The notes: generated by a model not told the origin, from the sequence alone. DNA of 64,000 nt from an uncultured Candidatus Saccharibacteria bacterium (GCA_964459635.1 CAYWMQ010000002.1:6776-70775), one strand, 5' to 3'. Positions 1 through 9,479 are shown, counted from the stretch's first letter. Translations and numbers: made by a program.

Positions 1-1060
1 TCGGATCAAAACTTGTGGTAAAGGCGTTCTCAACAGTGATCTCTCCCGCGCGAATGAGCTCTGTGAGCGATGCATTCATACTTATCATACCGTCCTGTGA
101 GCCGGTCTCGATCATGGTATTTATCTCGTGGGTACGTCTCTCGCGAATCATGTTGGCAACAGCTTTCGTGTTCACGAGAAGCTCGTACGCGGGCACAAGG
201 CCGCCTGCAATACGGGGAACCAGACGCATCGAGAATATGCCTGCAAGCGAACTTGCGAGCTGCACACGTATCTGATCTTGCTGGTAGCCGGGGAACGAGT
301 CAATGATACGGTCGATGGTCTGGGCCGCGTTATTGGTATGAAGTGTTGAAAATACGAGGTGGCCCGTTTCTGCGGCGGTCACCGCTGCGCCTATTGTTTC
401 GTTGCCACGCATCTCTCCAAGCATAATGACGTCAACGTCCTGACGAAAAGCACTGATAAGTGCGCTTTGGAAGTCCGCCGTGTCCAAGCGCACCTCTCGC
501 TGGTCGATGAGGCACTGTTTCGGGGTGAAAATGTACTCGATCGGATCCTCGATAGTCACAATATGCTCGGCGCGCGTTTGATTGATGTGTTCCACGAGTG
601 TGGCGAGCGTGGTGGACTTTCCCTGCCCCACAGGACCAACCACAAGGAAGAATCCCTGGTTGCGGTTGGCAAATTCAATAAGCTGCGGCGGTAGGCCGAG
701 CTCTTCAAGGGTCAAGATCTGATTGGGTATAAGGCGCATGGCGACCGATACCGCACCACGTTGGATAGAACCGTTGCCGCGAAAGCGAGCTTTTTTTGCG
801 GCATTATAGTAGCTGAAATCTATCTCTTGTGTCTCATCGAAACGCTTACGCTGTTCGGGGTTCAACATGAGCGCAAGCAGCGTGGCTGTCTCCTCCGGCG
901 TGAATTCGGGGTATTGGGTGAGAGGAATAAGCGAGCCCGATACGCGAATCATCGGCTTGTAGTACGCGTTGATGTGCAAGTCGCTCGCACGCTCATCCAT
1001 GAGAATTTGCACGAGCTCGTCCAGAAACTGTGCCTTCGCTGTGTGTTTCGCTTCTGTCAT
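1..1060 (-). CDS. pilT: Type IV pilus retraction ATPase PilT (3' end runs off the window)
   Basis: Absent from the ORF track because it has no stop in the window. Manual translation from ATG 1060 gives MTEAKHTAKAQFLDELVQILMDERASDLHINA..., Walker A VVGPVGQGKSTTLA, and C-terminal GMISMNASLTELIRAGEIT. Confidence 0.92.
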   Translation of the reverse strand, partial: MTEAKHTAKAQFLDELVQILMDERASDLHINAYYKPMIRVSGSLIPLTQYPEFTPEETATLLALMLNPEQRKRFDETQEIDFSYYNAAKKARFRGNGSIQRGAVSVAMRLIPNQILTLEELGLPPQLIEFANRNQGFFLVVGPVGQGKSTTLATLVEHINQTRAEHIVTIEDPIEYIFTPKQCLIDQREVRLDTADFQSALISAFRQDVDVIMLGEMRGNETIGAAVTAAETGHLVFSTLHTNNAAQTIDRIIDSFPGYQQDQIRVQLASSLAGIFSMRLVPRIAGGLVPAYELLVNTKAVANMIRERRTHEINTMIETGSQDGMISMNASLTELIRAGEITVENAFTTSFDP

Positions 1061-1072
1061 ATAGCAACTCAC

Positions 1073-1480
1073 TTAACGCTGTTTATTGCGTATTGCGGCG
1101 AGCACGTTAGTGAGCACCTCCGAAGGCACCGTGCTCGCTTTGATAAGGTATGCATCCACACTATACTGACGCGCCGCTTCCATATCACCGTCCTGGCTCT
1201 GATTGGACAGCACAACAAGTACTGTCTTCTCACCCACAAGCGCTTCACTGCGTATTGCAGCAAGCAGTTCCAAACCATTCATGCCGGGCATGACAAGGTC
1301 AAGCAGCACGGCATCCGGCTTCGCTCCCCCTTTCAAATGTTCCAGGAGCGCCTTGCTTTCAGTAAAGCCTTGCACGTCGCAGCCGGCTTCTTTGAACTTG
1401 AGCATATACATGTCAAGCAAAAACTGGTCGTCGTCGACGATGCACACGGTATAGTTATTCTCTTTTGGTGATACGGACAT
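1073..1480 (-). CDS. Single-domain response regulator (CheY-like receiver)
   Basis: IVDDD acidic pocket, LLDLVMPGMNG phospho-Asp motif, YLIK; lies between pilB and pilT. Confidence 0.9.
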   Translation of the reverse strand: MSVSPKENNYTVCIVDDDQFLLDMYMLKFKEAGCDVQGFTESKALLEHLKGGAKPDAVLLDLVMPGMNGLELLAAIRSEALVGEKTVLVVLSNQSQDGDMEAARQYSVDAYLIKASTVPSEVLTNVLAAIRNKQR

Positions 1481-1507
1481 GTCTTAGGAAACAAACGTAT
1501 AGCAACA

Positions 1508-3376
1508 TTATACCAAGTCGCGCCTAATGAGACTATCTGGCTCCTGTGGGGAAGGTACTTCTTCCGCAACCACTTCAACGACCGGCGCTACGGACGTGTC
1601 AGGCTCCGCAAAATCAGCTCCGCCGAGCGCACCGATCTCTTCATACGGCACTACGGCTTTATACGCTTTACGGATGGCATCTTCTTTCATGGTCAGCATG
1701 CCATTCTTCCGTGCTATCTGGTACACCTTTGCCTCGTCTGCGCTTTCCAGTATGGCTTGCTCCAAGACTTGATCCACGGACAACATTTCGTATACACCGA
1801 CGCGGCCGCGTGTTCCCGTAGGACACGTGGGGGAAGGCTGTATGCCCATAAATTGCTCACCGCGCGGCAGCTTTGCCCTATGCTCGGGAGGCAAGTCGGC
1901 AAACTGCGCCGTGAGCATTTGCGCCACAGCGCCCGTGATCGGAATGGGTTTGCCTGACCCCTCGGGGAGCCGACGCACAAGGCGCTGCGCTATCACAAGC
2001 TCAAGCGTGGGTGCAATAAGGTATGGGTCAACACCCATGTCTATGAGGCGCGGAATGGCACCCGCAGCATTGTTTGTGTGAAGTGTCGAAAGCACGAGGT
2101 GCCCCGTAAGCGCCGCCTGCACGGCAAGCTGTGCGGTTTCTTTGTCGCGTATTTCACCGACCATGATGATGTCCGGGTCCTGCCGCAGCACGCTGCGGAG
2201 GCCCGATGCGAAGGTGTACCCTATTTCGGGACGTACTTGGCTTTGACTCACCCCGGCCATGTTGTACTCCACCGGATCCTCCAGCGACAAGACGTTCTGC
2301 GTGTCCTTATCCACTTCGTTCAGCATTGCATAGAGCGTAGTCGATTTACCTGAGCCGGTCGGACCTGTGATAAGTATGAGGCCGTAGGGAGCCTTGATGG
2401 CATTACGTACCATGGCGAGGTGATCCTCCTCCATCCCAAGCTGCGACAGCGAGACAATGCCGTTTTCCGAGTCCAGAATACGCATCACGACCTTTTCACC
2501 GAAATGTGTTGGAAATGTGGAAACGCGAAAATCAATCTTTCGGCCACCTATGGTTGCGGAAAAGCGACCATCTTGCGGCTTGCGCCGCTCATCCAGCTTT
2601 ATCCCTGCGAGGATCTTCACACGCGCGGCAACAGCCCGCTGCACCTTCGGTGGCAACACGATAGAGGTATGAAGGACGCCATCCACACGAAATCGTACGC
2701 GGACACGCTCACGCTCCGGCTCAATGTGAATGTCCGATGCCCGGCCCTCCACCGCGCTTCGTAGAACCGTTGCAACGATCTTCGTGACAGGTGCTTCCTC
2801 GTGCAGATCAGAGTCTTTACTAGCCCGCTTTACCGTCTCATCCAAGTCATCACCGCCTCCGGCCCCTGTTGAGAGGTCGAAGCTGGTAGTGACTGTCTCT
2901 TCCTGTGCCGTGCCACCCAGCTCCTCAAGAGCCTTACCCACTTCACCTGAAAGGCCTTGGTACAGGGACATGACCTTCCGATAATCGCCGGGGGAAATGA
3001 GAAATACCTTGAACGGAATGTTCTTCTTTGCTGAGATGAAGTTGAGAGCATCAAGCGCCTCTATGTTGTCCGGGTCAACAATACCCACCTCCAAAGCTCC
3101 ATCCACCACCGCAATAGGCACCACCTGGTAGTGCACAGCGGACTCCTCGGGAATATACTCAAGCGTGGAAAAGGGTACAGTTACGCCCTCAAGACTGCGT
3201 GTGGGTATCTCCCAGTGCTCCCCCTTTGCGGCGAGAATGTCACGTGCTGAAACACCATGCTCTGACAGCACTTCATCCAGAGGTCGCCCGCTTGATGCCA
3301 CCTCTTCGTTTATGGTACTCACATCCTTCTCTTCGAGGAGCCCTTTTTGTACTAGTAGCGGAAGTAAGTCAATCAC
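1508..3376 (-). CDS. pilB: Type IV pilus assembly ATPase PilB/GspE
   Basis: ASDIHIEP, Walker A GPTGSGKST, LEDPVEY, LRQDPDIIMVGEIRD, TGHLVLSTLHTN. Start placed at GTG 3376 (the ORF is open to 3433). Confidence 0.93.
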   Translation of the reverse strand: MIDLLPLLVQKGLLEEKDVSTINEEVASSGRPLDEVLSEHGVSARDILAAKGEHWEIPTRSLEGVTVPFSTLEYIPEESAVHYQVVPIAVVDGALEVGIVDPDNIEALDALNFISAKKNIPFKVFLISPGDYRKVMSLYQGLSGEVGKALEELGGTAQEETVTTSFDLSTGAGGGDDLDETVKRASKDSDLHEEAPVTKIVATVLRSAVEGRASDIHIEPERERVRVRFRVDGVLHTSIVLPPKVQRAVAARVKILAGIKLDERRKPQDGRFSATIGGRKIDFRVSTFPTHFGEKVVMRILDSENGIVSLSQLGMEEDHLAMVRNAIKAPYGLILITGPTGSGKSTTLYAMLNEVDKDTQNVLSLEDPVEYNMAGVSQSQVRPEIGYTFASGLRSVLRQDPDIIMVGEIRDKETAQLAVQAALTGHLVLSTLHTNNAAGAIPRLIDMGVDPYLIAPTLELVIAQRLVRRLPEGSGKPIPITGAVAQMLTAQFADLPPEHRAKLPRGEQFMGIQPSPTCPTGTRGRVGVYEMLSVDQVLEQAILESADEAKVYQIARKNGMLTMKEDAIRKAYKAVVPYEEIGALGGADFAEPDTSVAPVVEVVAEEVPSPQEPDSLIRRDLV

Positions 3377-3435
3377 AGGCGTATGTGTTAACGCCTCGTG
3401 TGCTCGGGCAAGTGCGACTGTGCACGACAACACTC

Positions 3436-3750
3436 CTACCGGCCCACGAGTGGTGCAAACGGGTCAGGCCTTCCCAGCACAGGCTGTTCGAGCGGCTTGC
3501 TGTGGTCTTGAAGCGCCTTGTACGTTTCATGCGCGAATAGCTGCTCATCCAGCTGTACCCTGCTTAAGCGGTCAAGCTGCATCAGCAGCTCCGTTTCTAT
3601 CTCCTGCGTAGAAGCTGCAATGGAAGCGGCGTCATTCTTTCCGCCGCCCACGACATCAACACCGGTACTTACCACGTACACGAGATACAACAATACAAGA
3701 CCCAGCAAGCCGAGCAATATGGGTTTGAATTTGGACAGCGTACTGAGCAT
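3436..3750 (-). CDS. Small membrane-anchored pilus-associated protein (PilP position)
   Basis: N-terminal TM helix, C-terminal GRPDPFAP motif, located right after pilO. Confidence 0.65.
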   Translation of the reverse strand: MLSTLSKFKPILLGLLGLVLLYLVYVVSTGVDVVGGGKNDAASIAASTQEIETELLMQLDRLSRVQLDEQLFAHETYKALQDHSKPLEQPVLGRPDPFAPLVGR

Positions 3751-3761
3751 GGTGAGATGTG

Positions 3762-4319
3762 TTAGCGAAGCCAGTATGTTTGGAGCGACACGTTAAACTG
3801 GTGTGTACCGGTGGACTGGCCGGCCTCGGACCCTGCGGTAATGTGGACCGAACGTACATCCAAGAGGCGGAGACTGCGCTCAAGGTCATACAAGAAAGCG
3901 CTGAAGTCTGCGTACGTGCCCGATGTGACAAAGGTGATCTCGGCAACTCCGACCGGACCCTGCGGCACCTCTTGTGTGGCGCCGCCGACATCGTCGACGG
4001 ATACGGGGAACGCGAAGTTCTTTATGCGCATACCGTACCGTGACGCGACATTGTCGATATCTATGATAAGGCGTACGTTGTCGACGGAATCGGGCAACAG
4101 CTTTTTTAGGCGAGCCAGATCGGCATCAGCAATGGAACTGTACCGCTGTAAAAGTGCCTCGCGCACTTCCGTAAGCTCCTTGGAGCGGGTGAGCGCGTTG
4201 TCCAACCGTGCATCAAGCGCCCTGAGCGCCTGCAGCTGCTTATATGCAGGGTCGATGTACGTGAAGAACAACCCTACGGCAACAACGATAAAGAAAAATG
4301 GTGCGATGACTTTGCTCAT
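3762..4319 (-). CDS. pilO: Type IV pilus assembly protein PilO
   Basis: TM helix, coiled coil, LLP motif and GTYADFSAFLYDLERSLRLLDV; operon position. Confidence 0.85.
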   Translation of the reverse strand: MSKVIAPFFFIVVAVGLFFTYIDPAYKQLQALRALDARLDNALTRSKELTEVREALLQRYSSIADADLARLKKLLPDSVDNVRLIIDIDNVASRYGMRIKNFAFPVSVDDVGGATQEVPQGPVGVAEITFVTSGTYADFSAFLYDLERSLRLLDVRSVHITAGSEAGQSTGTHQFNVSLQTYWLR

Positions 4320-4322
4320 ATG

Positions 4323-5036
4323 TTACCTGCGGCCTGCACTACTTGTAGCGGAAGATGTCGCGGTACTGGTGGAAGAGACAGCGGCGGGGGCCGGTGCTGC
4401 GGGGCGGGGGCGGGCCGCCGCACCGATGGTCCGGTCAAAACGAAGGATACGCGGCTCAAGACTCATGGATGCGCTAAACACTGCCTGATCCGTCTCGGAT
4501 ACGTTGAGGTTTGAAAAAAGCGGTTCACGCACAAGTTCATGCGACGAAAATACGTCGCTTTGCTGGGCAACGCTCTTAAAGTCGGGCGCGGTACCCTGAA
4601 GCGAAAGGAGTACTTGCTTCTCCGGCACATCGGTGGGAGCGTTGCGGTACCGCAGGGACAGATAGCGCACACTACGTGTGGTGTTCTGCTCAAGGAATCG
4701 CAATACTTCCGAAGGAGCAACGTGCGTTTCAAGAAGACGCTTAGCCGAGGTCATGCGGTCATCAAGACGCACCAGCTCTTCAATGAGCGCAGGCTGGAAC
4801 GCGTCACGATTTGCCTTTAGTTGTGCGATCTTGTCACTTATGGCACCGGTGATGTACTGCGTGTACAAAAAGAGGCCTGCTGAAACCAAGCAAGCGATAA
4901 AGAACAAGAGAAACGTCCCGTAGAATCCGGGCCCACGTGTCGACCGGCGAGCAACGTACTCGTGTACCGCCGGGCCCGGGGCCGCGCTCTGAAGCGACTG
5001 CTTCGGAATGAATGAGGTGTTGAACTTGGGCTCCAT
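4323..5036 (-). CDS. pilN: PilN-like pilus assembly protein
   Basis: MEPKFNTSFIPK start, TM helix, coiled coil, ferredoxin-like C-terminus; lies between pilM and pilO. Confidence 0.7.
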   Translation of the reverse strand: MEPKFNTSFIPKQSLQSAAPGPAVHEYVARRSTRGPGFYGTFLLFFIACLVSAGLFLYTQYITGAISDKIAQLKANRDAFQPALIEELVRLDDRMTSAKRLLETHVAPSEVLRFLEQNTTRSVRYLSLRYRNAPTDVPEKQVLLSLQGTAPDFKSVAQQSDVFSSHELVREPLFSNLNVSETDQAVFSASMSLEPRILRFDRTIGAAARPRPAAPAPAAVSSTSTATSSATSSAGRR

Positions 5037-5128
5037 GTGATGCGTGTGGCGCAAACGTACCTCAAGTATACGGCACGGTGCGTTCAAGAAGCGAAACACT
5101 TATCCACCGACTCGTGATGGCGACCGTA

Positions 5129-6268
5129 CTACAGCCCGCGCAACGCAAGACCCGTCGCTACCGCAAAATCCGGCCCGGCTTCCTTAAGTACGTGCTCCAA
5201 GAATGCCGGGGTCTGCGTATGTGCGAACGGATCGGCGAGCTCGACCTCAAGCTCAAGCTGCGCCTGCACGAATTCGCGCACGCCTTTCATGGTGCTGCCG
5301 CCTCCTGTGAGGATGACCTTTGAAATGACCTTGTTGTGCGTTTTCTGGAAGTTTAGGAGCACTCGCCGGGCTTCTATCATTATGTGTTCCATGCTAAGCG
5401 TGGCCGCGTGCGAGACCATGGCAGAACGGCTCTGTTCGCTCAGACCCGTAACGAGGCCGTTCGCACGCTTCATTTCCTCAGCCTTTCCTACCGACAGGTG
5501 GCTTGAGTTGGCGAGTGCGAGTGTAATGTCCTGCGAGCCTTTGGATATCACGTGCGACGCAAGCACGATACCGAGACCGACCACGTACACCTTGCTCGTG
5601 GCTGCGCCGATGTCGATGATGGCAACGGGAGCCAGGCCGCGCTCGACGGTGCTGCGAATGGTGGAAAATATCTCTATCTCGTAGAAACTCGGAGCGAGAC
5701 CCGCAAGCTTAAGCGTATCGCTGTACTTCCGCAGGACTTCATTGTGAATGGCAACCACGAGTACGAGCTTTTTTTGGAGCGGCTGCTCTGCAGCTTCGCT
5801 CACCGACTGCGCCCCCTCAAAGAATTTCTGCTCGGATTCGGGCACAATAAAGTAATCAAGCTGCACCTCGGCGATAGGCACAGGGATATACTTGCGCGCC
5901 TCGATAGGTATCATTTGCGCAAGCTTTTGAGCCGAAACGGGCGGCATTTCGATAAGCTTCACAAGGCTTGCCGCAAACGGCACCGACGCGCCACAGCGTG
6001 TGGTGGTGACATTTGCCTCCTTCATGAGGCTCTTGAGCGCCTCGGCGAGCTTCTCGGGCGGAAGGTTGGTCGCCCGCCCCACCTCAAGGTCGTTGTACGG
6101 ACCGAGCGCTATCTCTCCATACGTCTCAAGCACGGCTACGCCCTTTTCATTGCGTACCTGTACGAGCTTAATGGCGGATGTGCCTATGTCGATGCCCAGC
6201 ATACTTGTGCTGCTCGCGGAAAGTATCTTACTCTGGAGTAGCTGTTTTGCTTGATCAAAGATCGACAT
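5129..6268 (-). CDS. pilM: Type IV pilus assembly protein PilM (actin-like)
   Basis: GIDIGTSAIK, IDIGAATS, ILTGGGS, ATGLALR. Start at 6268 or 6277. Confidence 0.92.
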   Translation of the reverse strand: MSIFDQAKQLLQSKILSASSTSMLGIDIGTSAIKLVQVRNEKGVAVLETYGEIALGPYNDLEVGRATNLPPEKLAEALKSLMKEANVTTTRCGASVPFAASLVKLIEMPPVSAQKLAQMIPIEARKYIPVPIAEVQLDYFIVPESEQKFFEGAQSVSEAAEQPLQKKLVLVVAIHNEVLRKYSDTLKLAGLAPSFYEIEIFSTIRSTVERGLAPVAIIDIGAATSKVYVVGLGIVLASHVISKGSQDITLALANSSHLSVGKAEEMKRANGLVTGLSEQSRSAMVSHAATLSMEHIMIEARRVLLNFQKTHNKVISKVILTGGGSTMKGVREFVQAQLELEVELADPFAHTQTPAFLEHVLKEAGPDFAVATGLALRGL

Positions 6269-6327
6269 ACGTTCCATAAGTATACCACTTGTGTCGCGGA
6301 GTACAGCACTCGGGGTACACTGGAAGT

Positions 6328-6978
6328 ATGTATAAGTGGGCGACCCTGCTTCTCGAGGTGCTATTTCCCCTTCGCGGCGACGACGCGCTCCTCCTGCGCG
6401 TAGAGCCGCACGTGCTTGAGCGCGCCGCACTCACGCGGAATACTGTCGGCATTGCACGCGCACTTGCACCGCTACCGTACACCCACAAGCTGGTGTCATG
6501 CGCGGTACGCGCGGCAAAGTATCGCAACCACGAGCGGGCCGCATGGCTCTTAGGTACGGCTATAGCGCCCTTTGTGGGTGAGGAGATCGCGGACAAACGC
6601 AACTTTGGCACATTTTACGAAGCTCTCGTGGTTCCAATACCGCTCCATAAGAAACGTCGCAGAGAGCGCGGGTACAATCAAGCCGAGCGTATTGCACAGG
6701 CCGTTGTGGATGCTCTGCCGGAAAGCGGGCTCCTGCTCGCGCCCCAGGTGCTCGTGCGAACGCGCAATACCCCATCACAGGTACGCATACAGAAGCGCAA
6801 GGAACGGCTTGCAAACGTACGAGGTGCGTTTGCGGTGCCGGACCCGGCAGGCGTGCACGGTAGAGATATTATTGTGCTCGACGATGTGACCACCACGGGC
6901 GCGACCCTTGCCGGTGCGGCGCAGGCGTTGAAAAAGGCCGGGGCACGTGAAGTGCTTTGCGTGGCAGCGGCACATTGA
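6328..6978 (+). CDS. comF: Competence protein ComF (phosphoribosyltransferase-like)
   Basis: VPIPLH..R..ERGYNQ, LDDVTTTGATL PRT motif; divergent from pilM. Confidence 0.9.
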   Translation: MYKWATLLLEVLFPLRGDDALLLRVEPHVLERAALTRNTVGIARALAPLPYTHKLVSCAVRAAKYRNHERAAWLLGTAIAPFVGEEIADKRNFGTFYEALVVPIPLHKKRRRERGYNQAERIAQAVVDALPESGLLLAPQVLVRTRNTPSQVRIQKRKERLANVRGAFAVPDPAGVHGRDIIVLDDVTTTGATLAGAAQALKKAGAREVLCVAAAH

Positions 6979-7086
6979 CGGACACGATACCAATCTGCGA
7001 ATGATACGAATGCAACGAATGTACTACGCGTTACGCGACTCGAACCCGCAACAAGCAGCGGAGTTGGCCAAGCTAGGGTGTGCAGC

Positions 7087-7359
7087 TCACTCGTACACTT
7101 CTTTGCGATGTTTTATGCGCAGCACGGTAAGGACGTGGACGACCTTACCGTGCTCAAACTCAAAAATAGCGCGATACTCTCCCACTCGATACCGATACAA
7201 ACCCGTAAGCGGTCCTGTAAGCGCTTTTGCTCGCGCGAGCGGGTCGGGCATGCTGCTGTTCTCCTTCACCTTCAACACAATGCGGCGTGCAAGCGGCTTG
7301 TCGAGCGCAAGCAAATCTTTACGTGCATGCGCCGTATAGAACAACGCGGTGGTAGCCAT
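7087..7359 (-). CDS. RelE/ParE-family toxin
   Basis: 90 aa, basic; LYRYRVGEYRAIF and IKHRKEVY are typical RelE motifs; lies downstream of the antitoxin. Confidence 0.88.
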   Translation of the reverse strand: MATTALFYTAHARKDLLALDKPLARRIVLKVKENSSMPDPLARAKALTGPLTGLYRYRVGEYRAIFEFEHGKVVHVLTVLRIKHRKEVYE

Positions 7360-7365
7360 ATATAC

Positions 7366-7608
7366 TCAGGAAAGCTCCGCAAGAATATCATCATGCGTGT
7401 AAAGCTTACCCTCACGTATGTCCCGTTTTGCGGCAAGTATGTCGCTGAAGAGCGTATCGAGCGTTACGTCCTCAGCAAAAGGGGTCAGCTCGAAAAGCGG
7501 CTTGTTGCGGTTGACTACGATATACCGCGCGTTCTTTTTCCGCGCGCGAGTCACGTAATCGGATATGTTGGCGCGAAAATCCTTAATGCCGACAAACTTT
7601 GTGTTCAT
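7366..7608 (-). CDS. Phd/YefM-like antitoxin
   Basis: 80 aa; VGIKDFRANISDYV...IVVNRNKP N-terminus and acidic C-terminus; directly upstream of the toxin. Confidence 0.8.
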   Translation of the reverse strand: MNTKFVGIKDFRANISDYVTRARKKNARYIVVNRNKPLFELTPFAEDVTLDTLFSDILAAKRDIREGKLYTHDDILAELS

Positions 7609-7778
7609 ACCTGAAGTGTACCAGAAGTGTACACTTTGTCAACGACACGCAAACCTCCCCACATACTTCCCTTCGCGAACAAGGCAGCGCTGCAGCACAG
7701 CCACCATCAGTTGGGGTGAGAAAATGGGGAAAGTATGGTACAGTAGCTCCGTTCGGAGTTGTGAATTGCAGTGTTCTC

Positions 7779-7994
7779 GGGTTGCACCTTGCCCCAAGCT
7801 TCGCAAGGAGCACGGCATGAACAGATCAAGGTACGTGTAGGCATTCGGGACAAGTAGGACATTGGACGAAAGTGAATATTGGAGGGTTGCACCTTGCCCC
7901 AAGCTTCGCAAGGAGCACGGCATGAACAGATCAAGGTACGTGTAGGCATTCGGGACAAGTAGGACATTGGACGAAAGTGAATATTGGAGGGTTG
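7779..7994 (+). repeat. Exact 105-bp tandem duplication in the tRNA-Ser leader
   Basis: 7779-7883 equals 7884-7988; GGGTTG occurs at 7779, 7884 and 7989. Confidence 0.95.
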
Positions 7995-8072
7995 GCCGAG
8001 TGGTCGAAGGCGCATCACTGCTAACGATGTAGGGGGTAAAACCCCTCAAGGGTTCGAATCCCTTACCCTCCG
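7986..8072 (+). tRNA. tRNA-Ser(GCT)
   Basis: Acceptor GGAGGGT/ACCCTCC, discriminator G, anticodon loop CTGCTAA, long variable arm, T-loop GGTTCGAATCC; followed by CCT rather than CCA. Confidence 0.95.
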
Positions 8073-8074
8073 CC

Positions 8075-8260
8075 TTCGGTCCGCCGAAGCAGACCTATGG
8101 CGTGACGAAGTCCGCCGGAAGGTGTGCGTAGGCGACCTTCGCCTCGCTGAAGCGTGGCTACGGCGTGACGAAGTCCACAAGGAGCTAGGCGAAAGCGGGG
8201 TTCGCTTGCGTAGACCTTCGCTGTGGCAGAGTCCGCAGAAACCGAGCGAGCGAAGGTGAC
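8075..8260. repeat. GC-rich REP-like repeat cluster downstream of the tRNA
   Basis: CTAYGGCGTGACGAAGTCC at 8095-8113 and 8158-8176, plus several CCTTCG/CGAAGG inverted motifs. Confidence 0.6.
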
Positions 8261-8338
8261 CAGTGAGATGCCCTTACCGTCCACACAAACGTGTGCAGAA
8301 AAATACCATCAGCTGTTGACTGTGTGGTATAATAGGGA

Positions 8339-8531
8339 AGGTTCAGCTCGAATGTCCTCTTTCAAATGGGCATCCACCAGATTTTAGGAAGTGGCTCCGA
8401 AGCCTCCAGGGAGGGGTTAACACCTTCCAAAGAGATGTCATGACATCTCCAGTACCGGCCGGTACGCCCACTGGGTTCTTCCTACACTTCTCACGATGCC
8501 CACTTGAGCGCGGGGATTCATGCCGCGACCT
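8339..8531 (+). ncRNA. Candidate 6S-like structured RNA
   Basis: Extended -10 TGGTATAAT at 8325-8333. Long closing stem, symmetric 10x10 bubble, inner TAGGAAG/CTTCCTA stem and multibranch tip; no credible ORF. Confidence 0.6.
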
Positions 8532-8580
8532 ATGCAGAACAGAAGAATGGTCAACTTGCACTTGTAACAAGCAATGCAAC

Positions 8581-8895
8581 ATGAACAGTGAAAAACCCTC
8601 TAATGAGTCGGAAAAAGAAATTGCGGAAGATGCGTTAGATATGTTACCGCCGATGCTTGAGCATAAGGGAGGAACATATTCAGAAACGGTGGCATTGCTG
8701 GAGAATGGCGAATTTGACCCTATCAATCGAACGGATGGCAGTCCACGTTACCTGATGTTCTACACTCCGCAAGAGCTGTACAAGCTTGCGTATGCCGTCG
8801 AACAAAAGTATCCAGAATATCATTTTACGTTTGAGACTGATCCATACGGGCAGTGGATGAAGTACACTGTTACGCGTGAAGCAAGTAAAAATTAG
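8581..8895 (+). CDS. Hypothetical acidic protein
   Basis: 104-aa ORF in a more AT-rich island; no family recognised. Confidence 0.65.
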   Translation: MNSEKPSNESEKEIAEDALDMLPPMLEHKGGTYSETVALLENGEFDPINRTDGSPRYLMFYTPQELYKLAYAVEQKYPEYHFTFETDPYGQWMKYTVTREASKN

Positions 8896-8904
8896 AAGCT
8901 AGTT

Positions 8905-8964
8905 ATGAAGCGTATGCGCTACTTATTTATTGTCGTGTTACTCGCCCTCGTGGGTGCCGTATGA
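8905..8964 (+). pseudogene. 5' remnant resembling the start of the 9666 gene
   Basis: MKRMRYLFIVVLLALVGAV* versus MRYLYIFLAVAILGAVGY; its stop overlaps the next ATG (ATGA). Confidence 0.55.
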
Positions 8965-9479
8965 GTATCGAACAACCAAATACACAACCGCAAACCGAGA
9001 GCCTTGAAGAAAAGCTGAAGGATAGCAAAGTACGAGACGAAAACGGCAATTTGCTCATAGTGTACCACTTCTCCGACCAGGATTTTGATAATTTTTCTTT
9101 GGATCATGTTGGGCAAAACTTCGATGGAGACAAGGGGTTCTTTGGCGCGGGCGTCTATTTTACAGGGTTTGCTGATGCTTCTGCATACGGCTCAAAGAGG
9201 TATGCTGCATATCTTAATCTAAGAAACCCACTCATCTTGCATAATCCCAGCCTCGAAGACATTCAGAAGTTGCACGGCAAGAGAGAAGCGCTCCTTGCTG
9301 AGGGATATGACGGCGTTATGGTGTGGAGCGACGCTCTAGAAGGAAAAACGGTCGCCACTGGAAAGCTGCGAGCCACTGTGCCGCCACGGCCAGCGGGGTG
9401 GAGCGAAATATGCGTACTAAACACAGGAGATATTTACCCTCTCAGGAAGGAGGAGGTGCGGTCCACATCACAGGAATAG
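8961..9479 (+). CDS. Stand-alone ADP-ribosyltransferase-like domain (ART-PolyVal-like)
   Basis: SKVRDENGNLLIVYH, G.YFT, AYLNLRNP, EGYDGV and terminal EI match the pattern of phage/plasmid polyvalent-protein ART domains. Confidence 0.6.
   Translation: MSIEQPNTQPQTESLEEKLKDSKVRDENGNLLIVYHFSDQDFDNFSLDHVGQNFDGDKGFFGAGVYFTGFADASAYGSKRYAAYLNLRNPLILHNPSLEDIQKLHGKREALLAEGYDGVMVWSDALEGKTVATGKLRATVPPRPAGWSEICVLNTGDIYPLRKEEVRSTSQE

Noticed and set aside
15-1471. Long plus-strand ORFs opposite pilT and the receiver gene, and many similar ORFs opposite ribosomal genes, tuf, fusA and ftsH
   Set aside because: Antisense shadows of well-supported genes in GC-rich DNA; no motifs or start signals.
7779-8260. 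Repeats near tRNA-Ser as a CRISPR array
   Set aside because: No constant 25-45-bp repeat separated by unique spacers, and no cas genes in the window.
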